Source: Oscillospiraceae bacterium (lineage in GTDB: Bacteria; Bacillota; Clostridia; Oscillospirales; CAG-272). From it: a stretch of 50,452 bases of DNA. The notes under the pieces are model-generated. The model saw nothing but the letters and a program-made list of their open reading frames with translations, was not told where the DNA came from and ran no database searches. Position numbers and translations under genes: made by a program. Shown one piece after another: positions 1-9,420 of this stretch. The stretch spans positions 1-50,452 of the forward strand of contig SVUC01000002.1 in NCBI GenBank assembly GCA_015063455.1, written 5' to 3'. Each line of letters opens with the position of its first letter. Position 1 is the stretch's first letter.

Positions 1-1
1 G

Positions 2-1837
2 CTCGTCATTCCCGATGACAAACCCACAGCAGGCGGTTTCCAGAACCTTGCTGACGGAGTTGAGAAGATCATGATGGCAGAGTTTGCCACTATGACCGAG
101 AACAAGTCTTATCCCAATGAGCATCTTGAGAGAGCATGCACACTTTACGCCATCGCGAAGGATGCCGAGAGAAAAGCGGCACACGGCATTACTCCTGCTC
201 TGAAGAATCTTGCCATCATCGGAGAGATCAAAACCGTTGCAGATTTCAATCGTCTCTTTAAGCCTCTGTCGCTCAAGGGAATTCCCACACCCTTTAGCGT
301 TGGCGTTGAGGGTGATATGAAGAATACCAAGCGTCACTTGGTTTATATTCAAGGCGCGGGCGTTATTCTTCCCGATGCATCTTACTACAAGCCCGAAATG
401 GAGGCTCAGAAAACTCAGATCCTCGGCATCTGGACAAACGTTGCCAAGGCTGTTATGGCGCAGACCGATCTCTCGGCTGAGGATCAGGAAAAGTACGTAA
501 ACGATGCACTTGCATTCGACGCGATGCTCGGCGGACTCGTAAAGACAAGCGAGGAATGGTCGAGATACATTGAGATGTATAATCCCATGGACACCGCCAA
601 GGCGGCAGAGATGCTCTCGACTGTTGATTTCGGTGCGATACTTTGCGATCTTTTCGGTAAGATTCCCGAAATTGTCGTCGTTACCGAGCCCAGATTCTTT
701 GAGAGCTTTGATAAAGTATTCAATGCGGAAAATCTTGAGCTTTACAAGCACTGGGCTTACGTTACCGGTTTGCTTAACGACTGCAACTACCTCTCCGAGG
801 AACTTCGTGATATGGGTGGAATGTATATGCGAGCTCTTACCGGTGTCGCTAAGATGCAGTCCATTGAAAAGTTCGCATATCACCTTGCTTCCGGCAAATA
901 CTCCGATCCTGTGGGTATTTATTACGGCGAAAAGTATTTTGGTGAAGAAGCAAAGAAGGACATCACCGAGATCGTTTATCAGATCATCGACACATACAAG
1001 ACAAGAATCAAAACAAACGATATTCTTGGTGAGGCGTCCAAGGAAAAGGCAATTCTTAAGCTCTCAGGAATGGGAGTTAAGATGGGTTATCCCGACAAGC
1101 CCAGAGCGATCTACGACAAGCTTGTTTTCAATCCCGAAGATTCGCTTTATGATATTATGACTTCTCTTTATGAGATCAAAACGCTTGATATGCTTTCAAA
1201 GCTCGACAAGCCCACCGAGCCTGAAAATTGGGCAATGCCCGGACATATGGTCAACGCTTGCTACGATCCCTTCGTAAACGACATTACCTTCCCTGCAGCT
1301 ATCCTTCAGGCACCCTTCTATTCTTTGAAGCAGACCAGAAGTGAGAACCTTGGCGGTATCGGCGGCGTTATCGGTCACGAGATCTCCCACGCATTCGACA
1401 GCAACGGTGCTAAGTGTGATGAGAACGGTAACATCAACGACTGGTGGACCGAGGATGACTTCAAGCGTTTCGACTTGAAGGTTCAGGAAATGATCGCGCA
1501 GTTTGACGGAATCGAGCTTCCTTGGGGTAAGGTAAACGGTGCGTTTATCGTCAGCGAGAATATGGCGGACAACGGCGGTATGTCGGTAACTCTTGACATT
1601 ATGTCGAGAACCGAGGGTGCGTCCTATGAGGAGTATTTCAGCAACTGGGCAAGAGTATGGTGTCAGAAGGCGCGACCTGAGTTCCAGCAGATGCTGCTTT
1701 CCGTAGACGTTCACGGTCCCGCTATTCTCCGCGCGAATATGCCCCCCAGAAACTTCTCCGAGTGGTATAAGACCTTTGATGTAAAGGACACCGATCAGAT
1801 GTATCTGCCCGAGGATAAGAGAATCGTTATTTGGTAA
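2..1837 (+). CDS. pepO: M13 family zinc metallopeptidase (PepO/neprilysin-like endopeptidase); 5' end lies outside the window
   Basis: The frame is open from nt 2 with no stop upstream of the ATG at 71. It carries the HEISHAF (HExxH) zinc motif and ENMADNGG, which matches the M13 GENIADxGG-type motif. A hairpin terminator follows directly. Confidence 0.9.
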   Translation, partial: LVIPDDKPTAGGFQNLADGVEKIMMAEFATMTENKSYPNEHLERACTLYAIAKDAERKAAHGITPALKNLAIIGEIKTVADFNRLFKPLSLKGIPTPFSVGVEGDMKNTKRHLVYIQGAGVILPDASYYKPEMEAQKTQILGIWTNVAKAVMAQTDLSAEDQEKYVNDALAFDAMLGGLVKTSEEWSRYIEMYNPMDTAKAAEMLSTVDFGAILCDLFGKIPEIVVVTEPRFFESFDKVFNAENLELYKHWAYVTGLLNDCNYLSEELRDMGGMYMRALTGVAKMQSIEKFAYHLASGKYSDPVGIYYGEKYFGEEAKKDITEIVYQIIDTYKTRIKTNDILGEASKEKAILKLSGMGVKMGYPDKPRAIYDKLVFNPEDSLYDIMTSLYEIKTLDMLSKLDKPTEPENWAMPGHMVNACYDPFVNDITFPAAILQAPFYSLKQTRSENLGGIGGVIGHEISHAFDSNGAKCDENGNINDWWTEDDFKRFDLKVQEMIAQFDGIELPWGKVNGAFIVSENMADNGGMSVTLDIMSRTEGASYEEYFSNWARVWCQKARPEFQQMLLSVDVHGPAILRANMPPRNFSEWYKTFDVKDTDQMYLPEDKRIVIW

Positions 1838-1850
1838 TAAATTAAAAATT

Positions 1851-1883
1851 ACGGCTTTTCTCAAGCGAGAAGAGCCGTTTTTT
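1851..1883 (+). terminator. Rho-independent terminator of the M13 peptidase gene
   Basis: A 12-bp stem (acggcttttctc / gagaagagccgt, one G-U pair) with loop aagc is followed by a T-run at 1879-1883. Confidence 0.8.
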
Positions 1884-2049
1884 GTTCTGGGAGTTCAAGC
1901 AAATTATTAATAAAGACAGATACTCTGCAAATAAAAAATACGAGAAACACAAAAATGCTCTCGTATTTTTATTTGCCCTCGCAATACTCGTTATTCCTAT
2001 TTTTCGGACACTGTCCTTAGGAATCCGAAGTATTCACGTTGTTTTTTCA

Positions 2050-2961
2050 TTAATTACTGCTGAGCAGATTTCCGTTTTTGTCGTATATTTCTTCTTCACC
2101 GTATGAATATTCAGCAATCGGACCGTCAGAATTATACCAATGTTCGATAAGCGTTTTGTGAACATACCCGTGCGAATCAACCGCCACTGTATACATCATA
2201 AGTTCATCACCATTGCTTACCCTATAGCTTTTGTTAAGCCGATAGTCGATCGTGCCCGCATCTATCTCATCTGGTATATCAAGTCGGTCGATATCCTTGC
2301 CATTAACCTCTGTCACGAGTTCAACCTTAGATACAGTCACGTCCTGCCCGTAGTAGCTCGGCTTGCAATCGACGTAAAGCTGTCCTTCGATCTTCAAAAA
2401 TCCCGATGACATCCTTGTTGAACCGTGAAGGCCTGAGTAAAGACACGGCAGACACTCAAGATACAGATTTCCGATATCAATGTCCTCTATATACTCTGTC
2501 TTTATCCCGCCGTCTGTTGTGATATTCAGAATCGGATGCTCTCCGTATTCCAAAAAAATTCCCACAGAAATTTCAGCCGTGAACACATTTCCGTTTTTCA
2601 CAAATTCAACGGTTTTGTCCCCAACTCGTACTGTCGCCGTCATATCATCGGTAATCGTTTTCGGTATAATACTGATCAAAAGCGGTACTGTATGCTTTTC
2701 CGTGTCGATCTCACCAAAGGAATATTCCACGCCTGTCAGAAGGCTTGCTTCTTTTTTCATTCGATCGTCTACGTTGTCATAGATCGAGCTTATATTTCCG
2801 CGAAGGCTGTTTATCTCAGCCGTAAGATTTGATATTTTATTCTCAAGTGAGTGCTTCTCAGCATTGAATCGGTTGATCATAATAAATCCGCCGACTATTA
2901 CAACTGCCAGAACAATGAGAAGAATAATCTTCCAATCTATAGTTTTGTTTTCGTTATTCAT
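2050..2961 (-). CDS. Hypothetical membrane-anchored protein (N-terminal TM helix plus coiled-coil-like segment)
   Basis: 303-aa ORF with RBS AAGGAGAGG upstream of the ATG. It has a hydrophobic segment ILLIVLAVVIVGGFIMI followed by heptad-like LENKISNLTAEINSLRGNISS. It is the last gene of a tightly spaced minus-strand operon. Confidence 0.65.
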   Translation of the reverse strand: MNNENKTIDWKIILLIVLAVVIVGGFIMINRFNAEKHSLENKISNLTAEINSLRGNISSIYDNVDDRMKKEASLLTGVEYSFGEIDTEKHTVPLLISIIPKTITDDMTATVRVGDKTVEFVKNGNVFTAEISVGIFLEYGEHPILNITTDGGIKTEYIEDIDIGNLYLECLPCLYSGLHGSTRMSSGFLKIEGQLYVDCKPSYYGQDVTVSKVELVTEVNGKDIDRLDIPDEIDAGTIDYRLNKSYRVSNGDELMMYTVAVDSHGYVHKTLIEHWYNSDGPIAEYSYGEEEIYDKNGNLLSSN

Positions 2962-2972
2962 TGTCCTCTCCT

Positions 2973-3215
2973 TTAACGGTTATTCAAATCAGAAGCTTCG
3001 TCACCGTAATCAATGATAACTTTACAGCACGAGATGCATCTGTACGCAACAACTGCCGAGCCTTTTATTAGTGACAGCTCCGACAAGACAACAGAGTCAG
3101 GGTGAAGGTCTGCCTTCGCAAAAAGCTTTCTTTTATCTCCTTTTATCCAGGCTATCTCATTAGGGCTCTGGATAAGTCCTTTTTCCATTTCCCTGCTGCA
3201 GTATGGACAGTTCAT
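2973..3215 (-). CDS. Small zinc-ribbon protein (CxxC ... CxxCC)
   Basis: 80-aa ORF with RBS GAGGTG. It has an N-terminal CPYC and a C-terminal CISCC pair. It lies 11 nt from the next gene. Confidence 0.6.
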   Translation of the reverse strand: MNCPYCSREMEKGLIQSPNEIAWIKGDKRKLFAKADLHPDSVVLSELSLIKGSAVVAYRCISCCKVIIDYGDEASDLNNR

Positions 3216-3234
3216 ATTCGCACCTCAAGTTATA

Positions 3235-3786
3235 TTATTCGGCTTTGATCACGATTCTGTATTGGATCGGTAATCCTGCAGATTCTGCGTTAAGATCACT
3301 CTCCATCAGCACTCGAATATCATCAGGCTTTAACTGAGATATCCCTACCGTTTTGGATCTGACGATTGGCATCTCGCCTATCCCCATCCAAATATGCCAC
3401 ATCTCAACTTCATCCGTATGCCTCAGATTTTCTCTGATATACTCTATCACCCGTTCTGCTCTGCCTTCGGTAAAACAATTCCACTGCAGTTCTACCGTAT
3501 ATTTCTTCTCAGTATAAACGTCATCCATGCCGTCTGCTGAGAACAGTGAAAAATCATCGTCAAAACCGCCGTCAATTATCTTTCCGCGCTCAAGGTCAAA
3601 TTCAATGTCGCGGTCACAGTACAGAACAACGCCCGGCTTATCTCTGTCAAAGTCAGAATCGAGGAGAAAATCAGGGATATCCTTGATGCCGCATCGGATA
3701 GCCTCGTTTACGGATAACAGCTTTTCGTGGGGATTTTTTATTTCTTCAAGCGGATAATTTGATGCAATATAAGTAAGAACACTCAT
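3235..3786 (-). CDS. Hypothetical cytoplasmic protein
   Basis: 183-aa ORF with an RBS-like GAAAGAAGGA. It starts 1 nt after the VanZ stop codon. I recognise no motif. Confidence 0.6.
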   Translation of the reverse strand: MSVLTYIASNYPLEEIKNPHEKLLSVNEAIRCGIKDIPDFLLDSDFDRDKPGVVLYCDRDIEFDLERGKIIDGGFDDDFSLFSADGMDDVYTEKKYTVELQWNCFTEGRAERVIEYIRENLRHTDEVEMWHIWMGIGEMPIVRSKTVGISQLKPDDIRVLMESDLNAESAGLPIQYRIVIKAE

Positions 3787-3787
3787 T

Positions 3788-4270
3788 TCAGTCCTTCTTT
3801 CCTGTGAGGATCAACTTTATTGAAAACAACCTGAATAGTGCATACCCGAGTGAAACACCAATCAGATTCAGAATCAGATCGTCAATGTCTGCACTTCCGA
3901 GCAGGGTGAAAAGCTGTACGATCTCAACAACAAAAATAACTCCTGCTGAAAACGCAAATGTTCTGACAAACGAACGGAATTTGTCAAAAAACCACGGAAC
4001 AAAAAAGCCAAGAGGTATAAACATAACAATGTTCCCTGCCAGATTGATTATCGCGTGGCGCACCAAACTGATTTTCTCAGAACCGGCTAGTACTCTAATG
4101 TAATTTGATACTGTATAAAACGGTATTAGGTTTGTGCTTTCTCTGAGACGGTCAAAATAATTGTCATAAAAAACGAATCCTATCCTCTGACCGAACAAAA
4201 GCCAAAGCATCAGCAAAACGTAACATCCGAACAGAATCCGACCTACCTTTTGGGGTATATTATTTGCCAT
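3788..4270 (-). CDS. VanZ family membrane protein
   Basis: 160 aa, polytopic, with a VanZ-like pattern (NLIPF ... DIDDLILNLIGVSLGY). No clear SD, so translation is probably coupled to the upstream gene 9 nt away. Confidence 0.75.
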   Translation of the reverse strand: MANNIPQKVGRILFGCYVLLMLWLLFGQRIGFVFYDNYFDRLRESTNLIPFYTVSNYIRVLAGSEKISLVRHAIINLAGNIVMFIPLGFFVPWFFDKFRSFVRTFAFSAGVIFVVEIVQLFTLLGSADIDDLILNLIGVSLGYALFRLFSIKLILTGKKD

Positions 4271-4279
4271 CGTATTAAA

Positions 4280-5077
4280 TCAGATGTTTTCGCAATTGGG
4301 ACAGCTGCAAACTGCATCTGCTGATACTTCACGGTAGAACGCAGCGTGAGCCGCTTCGATATAAGCCTGAAGGAATACTGATGCAATAACCGTAATAATT
4401 GCAAATATCGCAACAAGAACTATGCTTCCGCCTGTGGCCAAAACTACTCCGCCTATCACAGATGGTACTGCACAAAGAAGTGACCAGCCGATAAAGCTGA
4501 GATTAAGGCAGAACAGACGGAACTTGTTTCCATCCATAATGCGGCGGGACTCAGTAATCGCTTCATTTGCGGAAAGGTCGCGGCGTTCGTATAATATGTA
4601 CGGTGTCATTGCATAACTGAGAGTCTTGATTATTCCGGGAATCACAAACAAAAGTAACCAGAAGAAAATATACAAGCCTGTAAGAAGAGACATCAAAAAT
4701 CCGTCTACCCAGCGGTCAAACTGTGAAAAGAGATCAGCAAATGTTGCAGCTCTTCCGTCACCGTCAATAAGGTTCAGATTGAATCTTGCATAACCAAGCT
4801 TACCTACTCCGCCGAGCACAAGCTTTACGATCAACATAATTACGGACATTACAACTGCTCCACCGAGAAGAGCAGAAATCATTCCGTAAACATCTGGGTT
4901 CAAGTATTGACTTAATTCTGATAAATCTTTACTGCTGTCTGAGATGCTTACCGATCCGCCCGATCCGCCTGAGATCTGAGCGCCGATAATTCCTGCTATA
5001 AACGCAGTAATTACGGCAACAAGCCATCTTCCGCGCAGAGCATCGCGTGCTATCGCTCTGAAATCTGATGCATACAT
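4280..5077 (-). CDS. DUF975-like integral membrane protein
   Basis: 265 aa with N-terminus MYASDFRAIARDALRGRW, which is typical of DUF975, and several TM helices. RBS AAAGGA. It is the first gene of the five-gene operon. Confidence 0.7.
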   Translation of the reverse strand: MYASDFRAIARDALRGRWLVAVITAFIAGIIGAQISGGSGGSVSISDSSKDLSELSQYLNPDVYGMISALLGGAVVMSVIMLIVKLVLGGVGKLGYARFNLNLIDGDGRAATFADLFSQFDRWVDGFLMSLLTGLYIFFWLLLFVIPGIIKTLSYAMTPYILYERRDLSANEAITESRRIMDGNKFRLFCLNLSFIGWSLLCAVPSVIGGVVLATGGSIVLVAIFAIITVIASVFLQAYIEAAHAAFYREVSADAVCSCPNCENI

Positions 5078-5305
5078 AATTCTGTCCTTTCTTAAATCAA
5101 AAATTTCATTAGCGTCAATAGAATAATTTAATATTTCTCTGATTATAGAATAACATTATCTATGTATTTTGTCAATAAAAAACTCAGTCATTTAATCAAT
5201 TTTTAACTTATGGTTCTATCATCAAAACAAAAAACGGGCAGCCGTTTGTCTGACTGTCCGTTTTGAGATTCTGTTAAACTATAAGTTCTGTTCTTTGGAA
5301 TAAAT

Positions 5306-6823
5306 TTACGCCTCGGGAGTTGTGAATGTATACACGAGCTGTTTTGATACTTTTCCCCATGAATTGACTGCAACAATTGCGAGCTCATATTCGCTTCCGG
5401 CTTCAAGTCCTGAGAAATTAGTTGAAACAGTTTCGGGAATCGGGAAGAAATAGTATACTCCGAGAACGAAGTTTCTTGCGATGATCTTTCCGTCTTTTTT
5501 GAGGAAGCAGCGGTAATGCTGGATAATATCACCCTCATCACATTCAGCTTGCGTGAAGCTGATCTTTACTGAACTGGGAGTTGACTCTGTGATCTCAAAT
5601 TTCATATCTTCAGGGAAATACGGTTTCTGTGACTGTGCTTTACGTTCACTTGTGTATATAAAATCATCAGTACTTGCCACAGAACGAAGAAGGATCGGAT
5701 CCATAATAAACTCACCGCTGAAAAGGTCATACGCTTGAATCTTAACAGCATTGTTCGCATCAACTTCAACAAGAAGGAAATGAGAACCGTTATGTGAACC
5801 GTCATTATATTTTGTCCAGCCGCCCTCATTATCTGTCGGGAACACTCCATCCCCTTCACTGCCGATAATGTCCATTTCATAGAAGCTCATTGTTCCACAG
5901 CCGAACGCTGAATATGAACCCTGCCAGAAGGAGCGAGGATCGTTTACAGGATAATGAGAATGTCCGGATAAATCTATAACCTGATGATATCCTGTAAGGA
6001 TCGGTCTGAGTGAATCGCGCGCCCATGCTGAATCGTAGATCGTACCCGATACAGGCATATGCTGAATTACAAATATAGGCTTTGATTCGGTGGGATCAGA
6101 CTCGTCAGCTTCTTTAAGTTTGTTTCGCAGCCAATATCTCTGAACATTATTGTAATCTTTTCCGTTTGTATCTTTTGATGTAGAGAGAAGTAAGAAGTGA
6201 TATCCGTTAATCTCAAGATGAGCATCAGGAGAATCATATCCAGACACCTGAAGCAAATTTTCAACGGCATCTGGTGTGTTGTCAAACTCGTGATTTCCGA
6301 GGATCACACGCACTGTTGTTTCTTCACGCACGTGCTCGTCAACGATTCCGAAGAAATCTTCGTAAATCTCAACTGTTCCCGGAGTTACAGTATCACCGAG
6401 GAAAAATACTGCATCAAGATTATTGTAGCTTTCGTGGTTTGCGGAATACTCGTACATATCATCAAAGATACGTCCGATATGCTCCGCTTTTCCCTCGTTA
6501 CTTCCGTCGTAATGCTGGTCGGTTGCAGCCACAAAACGCACAACGGGTACAAAATAATCTGCAAAATACTCTTTATCGGAAAGCTCAGCGATCTCCTCAG
6601 GAGTAAGTTCTTTTACCGTTTCATCCTCCGATTCGGATTCACTATCAGACTCGTCCGTATCTGCAATCGACTCATCTGATTCGTCCGGAGAATTGTTTGA
6701 CTCTACAACATCAGGATCATCAAGATCATTCTCGCCTGTGTCTGCAGTATCGTTGCACGAGTACATAGAAATACACATAAGCAGTGCAATAAAAGATGTA
6801 AAAAATCTTTTTGTTGTATTCAT
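5306..6823 (-). CDS. Secreted or lipid-anchored calcineurin-like metallophosphoesterase with acidic linker and C-terminal beta-sandwich (Fn3-like) region
   Basis: Signal-peptide-like N-terminus (FFTSFIALLMCISMYSC) is followed by a D/E/S-rich linker. Phosphoesterase motifs are present: DQH, GDTV, GNHEF, QHMP, GHSHYP. Confidence 0.85.
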   Translation of the reverse strand: MNTTKRFFTSFIALLMCISMYSCNDTADTGENDLDDPDVVESNNSPDESDESIADTDESDSESESEDETVKELTPEEIAELSDKEYFADYFVPVVRFVAATDQHYDGSNEGKAEHIGRIFDDMYEYSANHESYNNLDAVFFLGDTVTPGTVEIYEDFFGIVDEHVREETTVRVILGNHEFDNTPDAVENLLQVSGYDSPDAHLEINGYHFLLLSTSKDTNGKDYNNVQRYWLRNKLKEADESDPTESKPIFVIQHMPVSGTIYDSAWARDSLRPILTGYHQVIDLSGHSHYPVNDPRSFWQGSYSAFGCGTMSFYEMDIIGSEGDGVFPTDNEGGWTKYNDGSHNGSHFLLVEVDANNAVKIQAYDLFSGEFIMDPILLRSVASTDDFIYTSERKAQSQKPYFPEDMKFEITESTPSSVKISFTQAECDEGDIIQHYRCFLKKDGKIIARNFVLGVYYFFPIPETVSTNFSGLEAGSEYELAIVAVNSWGKVSKQLVYTFTTPEA

Positions 6824-6847
6824 TTGAATATCCTTTTTATAAAAGCA

Positions 6848-8176
6848 TTATATTTTTTCTGTTTTGAATGTGAGGCAAATAGGTTCAGACTCCTTCTTCC
6901 AGGGACTTATAGCAGTGATCTTCATCGAATATTCCGTGTCGGGAGAGAGTTCACGGATCATAGCAATAAATTCCTTTGGCATTGGAGTGATCGAATAACA
7001 CGACTTACTGTAAAACTCGTTGACGAGACCGTCATTATTATACACTCCACAGCGGTAGTGCAGCACAGGCTCTTCTCCATGACCCTGCGGGAATTTTACT
7101 TTTATCGATTCGGAGTCAATATTAACTATTTCAATCTGAGCGTCTGCACTGAACTCAGGAGCTTTCGCATTAGTCTTTCTTGCATCGGTGTACTTAAACT
7201 GCGACGGATCTCCTACAGAACGAATATAAATCGGCTCCATAATGAAATCGTGAACGTTGAGACTGTATCCCATAATCTTGACTGCATTGTTTGCGTCTGC
7301 CTCGACAATGATGTAATGAGCCGCATCTTTATGTTCAGATACGTTATCTCCTTGATAGCCGTCTCTGCTCGGCATAATTAAGCAGCCTTCTTTTTCGCTG
7401 TAATCCTGCTCGAAGAAACAGAGTGCACCACATCCGACAGCAGTAAATTCACCCTGCCATACAGAACGGGGATCGTTTACGGGATAGTGCGAGTGTCCCG
7501 AAAAATCTATAACCTGCGGGTATTTTTCAATGATCGGACGAAGAGTTTCACGAGACCACGCAGAATCGAAAATCGTTTCACTGATCGGGAAATGGTGGAA
7601 CACAAATATCGGTCTGCGCCCTGTCGGATCATCTTCTGCAGCAGCTTTGATCTGAGCAGCAAGCCACGCCTGTTTATCGGGCTCGTAATCCTTTCCACGT
7701 CTTTCAACGCTGGTCGAGAGAAGAATAAAGTGGAAGCCTTTGATAATCAAATGTGCATCGGGCGAATCGTATCCACCGGCTTCCATAATATTATTGGCAG
7801 CACCTGTGACATCTCCGTCAAAATCGTGATTACCGAGAACGGCACGTACAACAGTTCCCTCACGAACGTGCTCATCAACTATTCCGAAGAAGATCTTCAT
7901 TGCGTCAAGGGTTCCCGGACACGCATTGTCCCCATCAAAAAATACACCATCGAGCTTATTATAGGTTTTGTGGTTTTCGCTGTATCTGTATGTATCCTCA
8001 AACACATTGGCGAGACGCTCGAATTCGACATCCGGATATTCTGTATCGAGATGTACGTCACTCGCAATTGCAAAACGGATTATCGGATCAAAGTGCTCCG
8101 CAAAATATTCTTTATCTGATAAAGAAGCTGTATTTACATTTTCAAGCTCATTATTCGTTGATTTAATATTTTCCAT
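6848..8176 (-). CDS. Calcineurin-like metallophosphoesterase, paralog of 5306..6823 without a signal peptide
   Basis: Motifs SDVH, GDNA, GNHDF, HHFP, GHSHYP. I chose the start at MENIKS (ATG 8176) because AAAGGA lies 7 nt upstream. The ORF-track start at 8221 has no RBS. Confidence 0.8.
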   Translation of the reverse strand: MENIKSTNNELENVNTASLSDKEYFAEHFDPIIRFAIASDVHLDTEYPDVEFERLANVFEDTYRYSENHKTYNKLDGVFFDGDNACPGTLDAMKIFFGIVDEHVREGTVVRAVLGNHDFDGDVTGAANNIMEAGGYDSPDAHLIIKGFHFILLSTSVERRGKDYEPDKQAWLAAQIKAAAEDDPTGRRPIFVFHHFPISETIFDSAWSRETLRPIIEKYPQVIDFSGHSHYPVNDPRSVWQGEFTAVGCGALCFFEQDYSEKEGCLIMPSRDGYQGDNVSEHKDAAHYIIVEADANNAVKIMGYSLNVHDFIMEPIYIRSVGDPSQFKYTDARKTNAKAPEFSADAQIEIVNIDSESIKVKFPQGHGEEPVLHYRCGVYNNDGLVNEFYSKSCYSITPMPKEFIAMIRELSPDTEYSMKITAISPWKKESEPICLTFKTEKI

Positions 8177-8315
8177 GATGATATCCTTTCTCACCCACAG
8201 ATTTGACATGCGTAGTTTCATAATACAACGTTATTATACCATATTTCTTTTTACATTGTAAATATAATTATGAATTTTTACAATATTTTTTAAGAATTCT
8301 CTCAATCGAATCGGA

Positions 8316-8344
8316 TTGACATATACTGAACAAGCGGTTATAAT
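8316..8344 (+). promoter_or_regulatory. Sigma-A type promoter (TTGACA-17 nt-TATAAT)
   Basis: TTGACA at 8316-8321, an exact 17-nt spacer, then TATAAT at 8339-8344. The ATG at 8382 lies about 38 nt downstream. Confidence 0.7.
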
Positions 8345-8381
8345 ATATTATAAATCTATTCAAAAATTACGGAGTATACGT

Positions 8382-8786
8382 ATGCGTTTTTTCAGAAAAA
8401 AGAGAATAATATACACTTTATTATTTCTGCTATTCCTTTTTATTGAGGTGCTGATCGGACTATTTGTGAGAGATAATTTTGTCAGGCCTTATGTAGGTGA
8501 TATGCTTGTCGTTGTTGTTATTTATTTCTTCATTCGTATCTTTCTCACGGATGGATTCAGAGCCCTCCCTGCCGCTGTATTCGTTTTTGCAGTCATCACA
8601 GAAGTTCTGCAGTACTTCAACATTGTCCGTATTCTCGGTCTTGAAGGGAACCGTTTTCTCAGTATCGTAATAGGATCAACTTTTGATATAAAAGATATCA
8701 TCTGCTATGCCGTCGGATGTACCGTACTCGGAATTTTTGAGTACATACTCTACAAAAAAGAAAAAAATATTCCCCGCAAATCATAA
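8382..8786 (+). CDS. Small integral membrane protein (possibly DUF2809-like)
   Basis: 134 aa counted from ATG 8382, with GGAG 7 nt upstream. The ORF-track TTG start at 8316 is the -35 box. It has four hydrophobic segments and the motifs VGDMLVV and FDIKDIICY. Confidence 0.7.
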   Translation: MRFFRKKRIIYTLLFLLFLFIEVLIGLFVRDNFVRPYVGDMLVVVVIYFFIRIFLTDGFRALPAAVFVFAVITEVLQYFNIVRILGLEGNRFLSIVIGSTFDIKDIICYAVGCTVLGIFEYILYKKEKNIPRKS

Positions 8787-8803
8787 GTCGCGGGGATTTT
8801 TTT
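8771..8803 (+). terminator. Rho-independent terminator
   Basis: Stem tccccgc / gcgggga with a 12-nt loop that contains the TAA stop, followed by a T7 run. Confidence 0.7.
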
Positions 8804-8880
8804 GTAATTTCTTGCAAGCTGTAACATTTCATCTAAAAAACGGTACATATTAAGTGAAGGGACAACAGGAGGTAGAACAA

Positions 8881-9420
8881 ATGAATGACACAGAAATTAT
8901 TGATCTGTTCTGGGCACGATCAGAAAATGCAATTACAGAACTTCAAACAAAATACGACAAATACGCACGCGCTGTCGCAATGAATATCCTGCGCGATCCG
9001 CTTGACACAGATGAGTGTATGAACGACAGTTACCTTGGAATGTGGAACAGCCTTCCGCCACACAGACCGCAAATCCTCCCCGCATTTTTCACAGCAGTAA
9101 CAAGAAATACTGCGCTGAAGCTATACCGCTACAGATCATCCCCAAAAAGACCTGCTCCAACAGAAGAGTTGACCGATCTTGTCGGAAGTGTACCCTCACC
9201 CGAAGAGGAGATCGGCGGAATTAGTGAGAGTATATCCGAATTTCTCGCCACGCTCGAGAGAGATTCGCGAATACTTTTTATGCTGAGGTATTATCTCGGC
9301 GAGAGCATTTCGGACTGTGCAAAAACTATGGGAATCTCAGATGGAAGCGCAAGGGTAAAGCTTATGCGTCTGAGAAACAAACTTAAAGAAAAACTTGAGA
9401 AAGAGGGGTTCACAATATGA
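8881..9420 (+). CDS. ECF-type sigma-70 family RNA polymerase sigma factor (module 1)
   Basis: Start at ATG 8881 with AGGAGG 7 nt upstream. Region 2 (DECMNDSYLGMWNSLPPHRP) and region 4 HTH (ESISDCAKTMGISDGSARVKLMRLRNKL) are present. Confidence 0.88.
   Translation: MNDTEIIDLFWARSENAITELQTKYDKYARAVAMNILRDPLDTDECMNDSYLGMWNSLPPHRPQILPAFFTAVTRNTALKLYRYRSSPKRPAPTEELTDLVGSVPSPEEEIGGISESISEFLATLERDSRILFMLRYYLGESISDCAKTMGISDGSARVKLMRLRNKLKEKLEKEGFTI

Noticed and set aside
1882-2106. A 74-aa plus-strand ORF between the peptidase gene and the next operon.
   Set aside because: It starts within the terminator T-run, runs across a second hairpin (tacgaga / tctcgta, roughly 1937-1963) and overlaps the 3' end of the minus-strand gene 2050..2961. 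It has no RBS.
5203-5541. A 112-aa minus-strand ORF overlapping the 3' end of the metallophosphoesterase gene and its terminator region.
   Set aside because: It is an out-of-frame overlap with a well-supported gene, has no RBS, and its translation is Ser-rich and low-complexity.
8316-8381. An N-terminal extension of the small membrane protein, starting at TTG 8316 as in the ORF track.
   Set aside because: The TTG is the first codon of a perfect TTGACA -35 box with TATAAT 17 nt downstream. ATG 8382 has a GGAG RBS and begins with the typical MRFFRKK positive-inside N-terminus.
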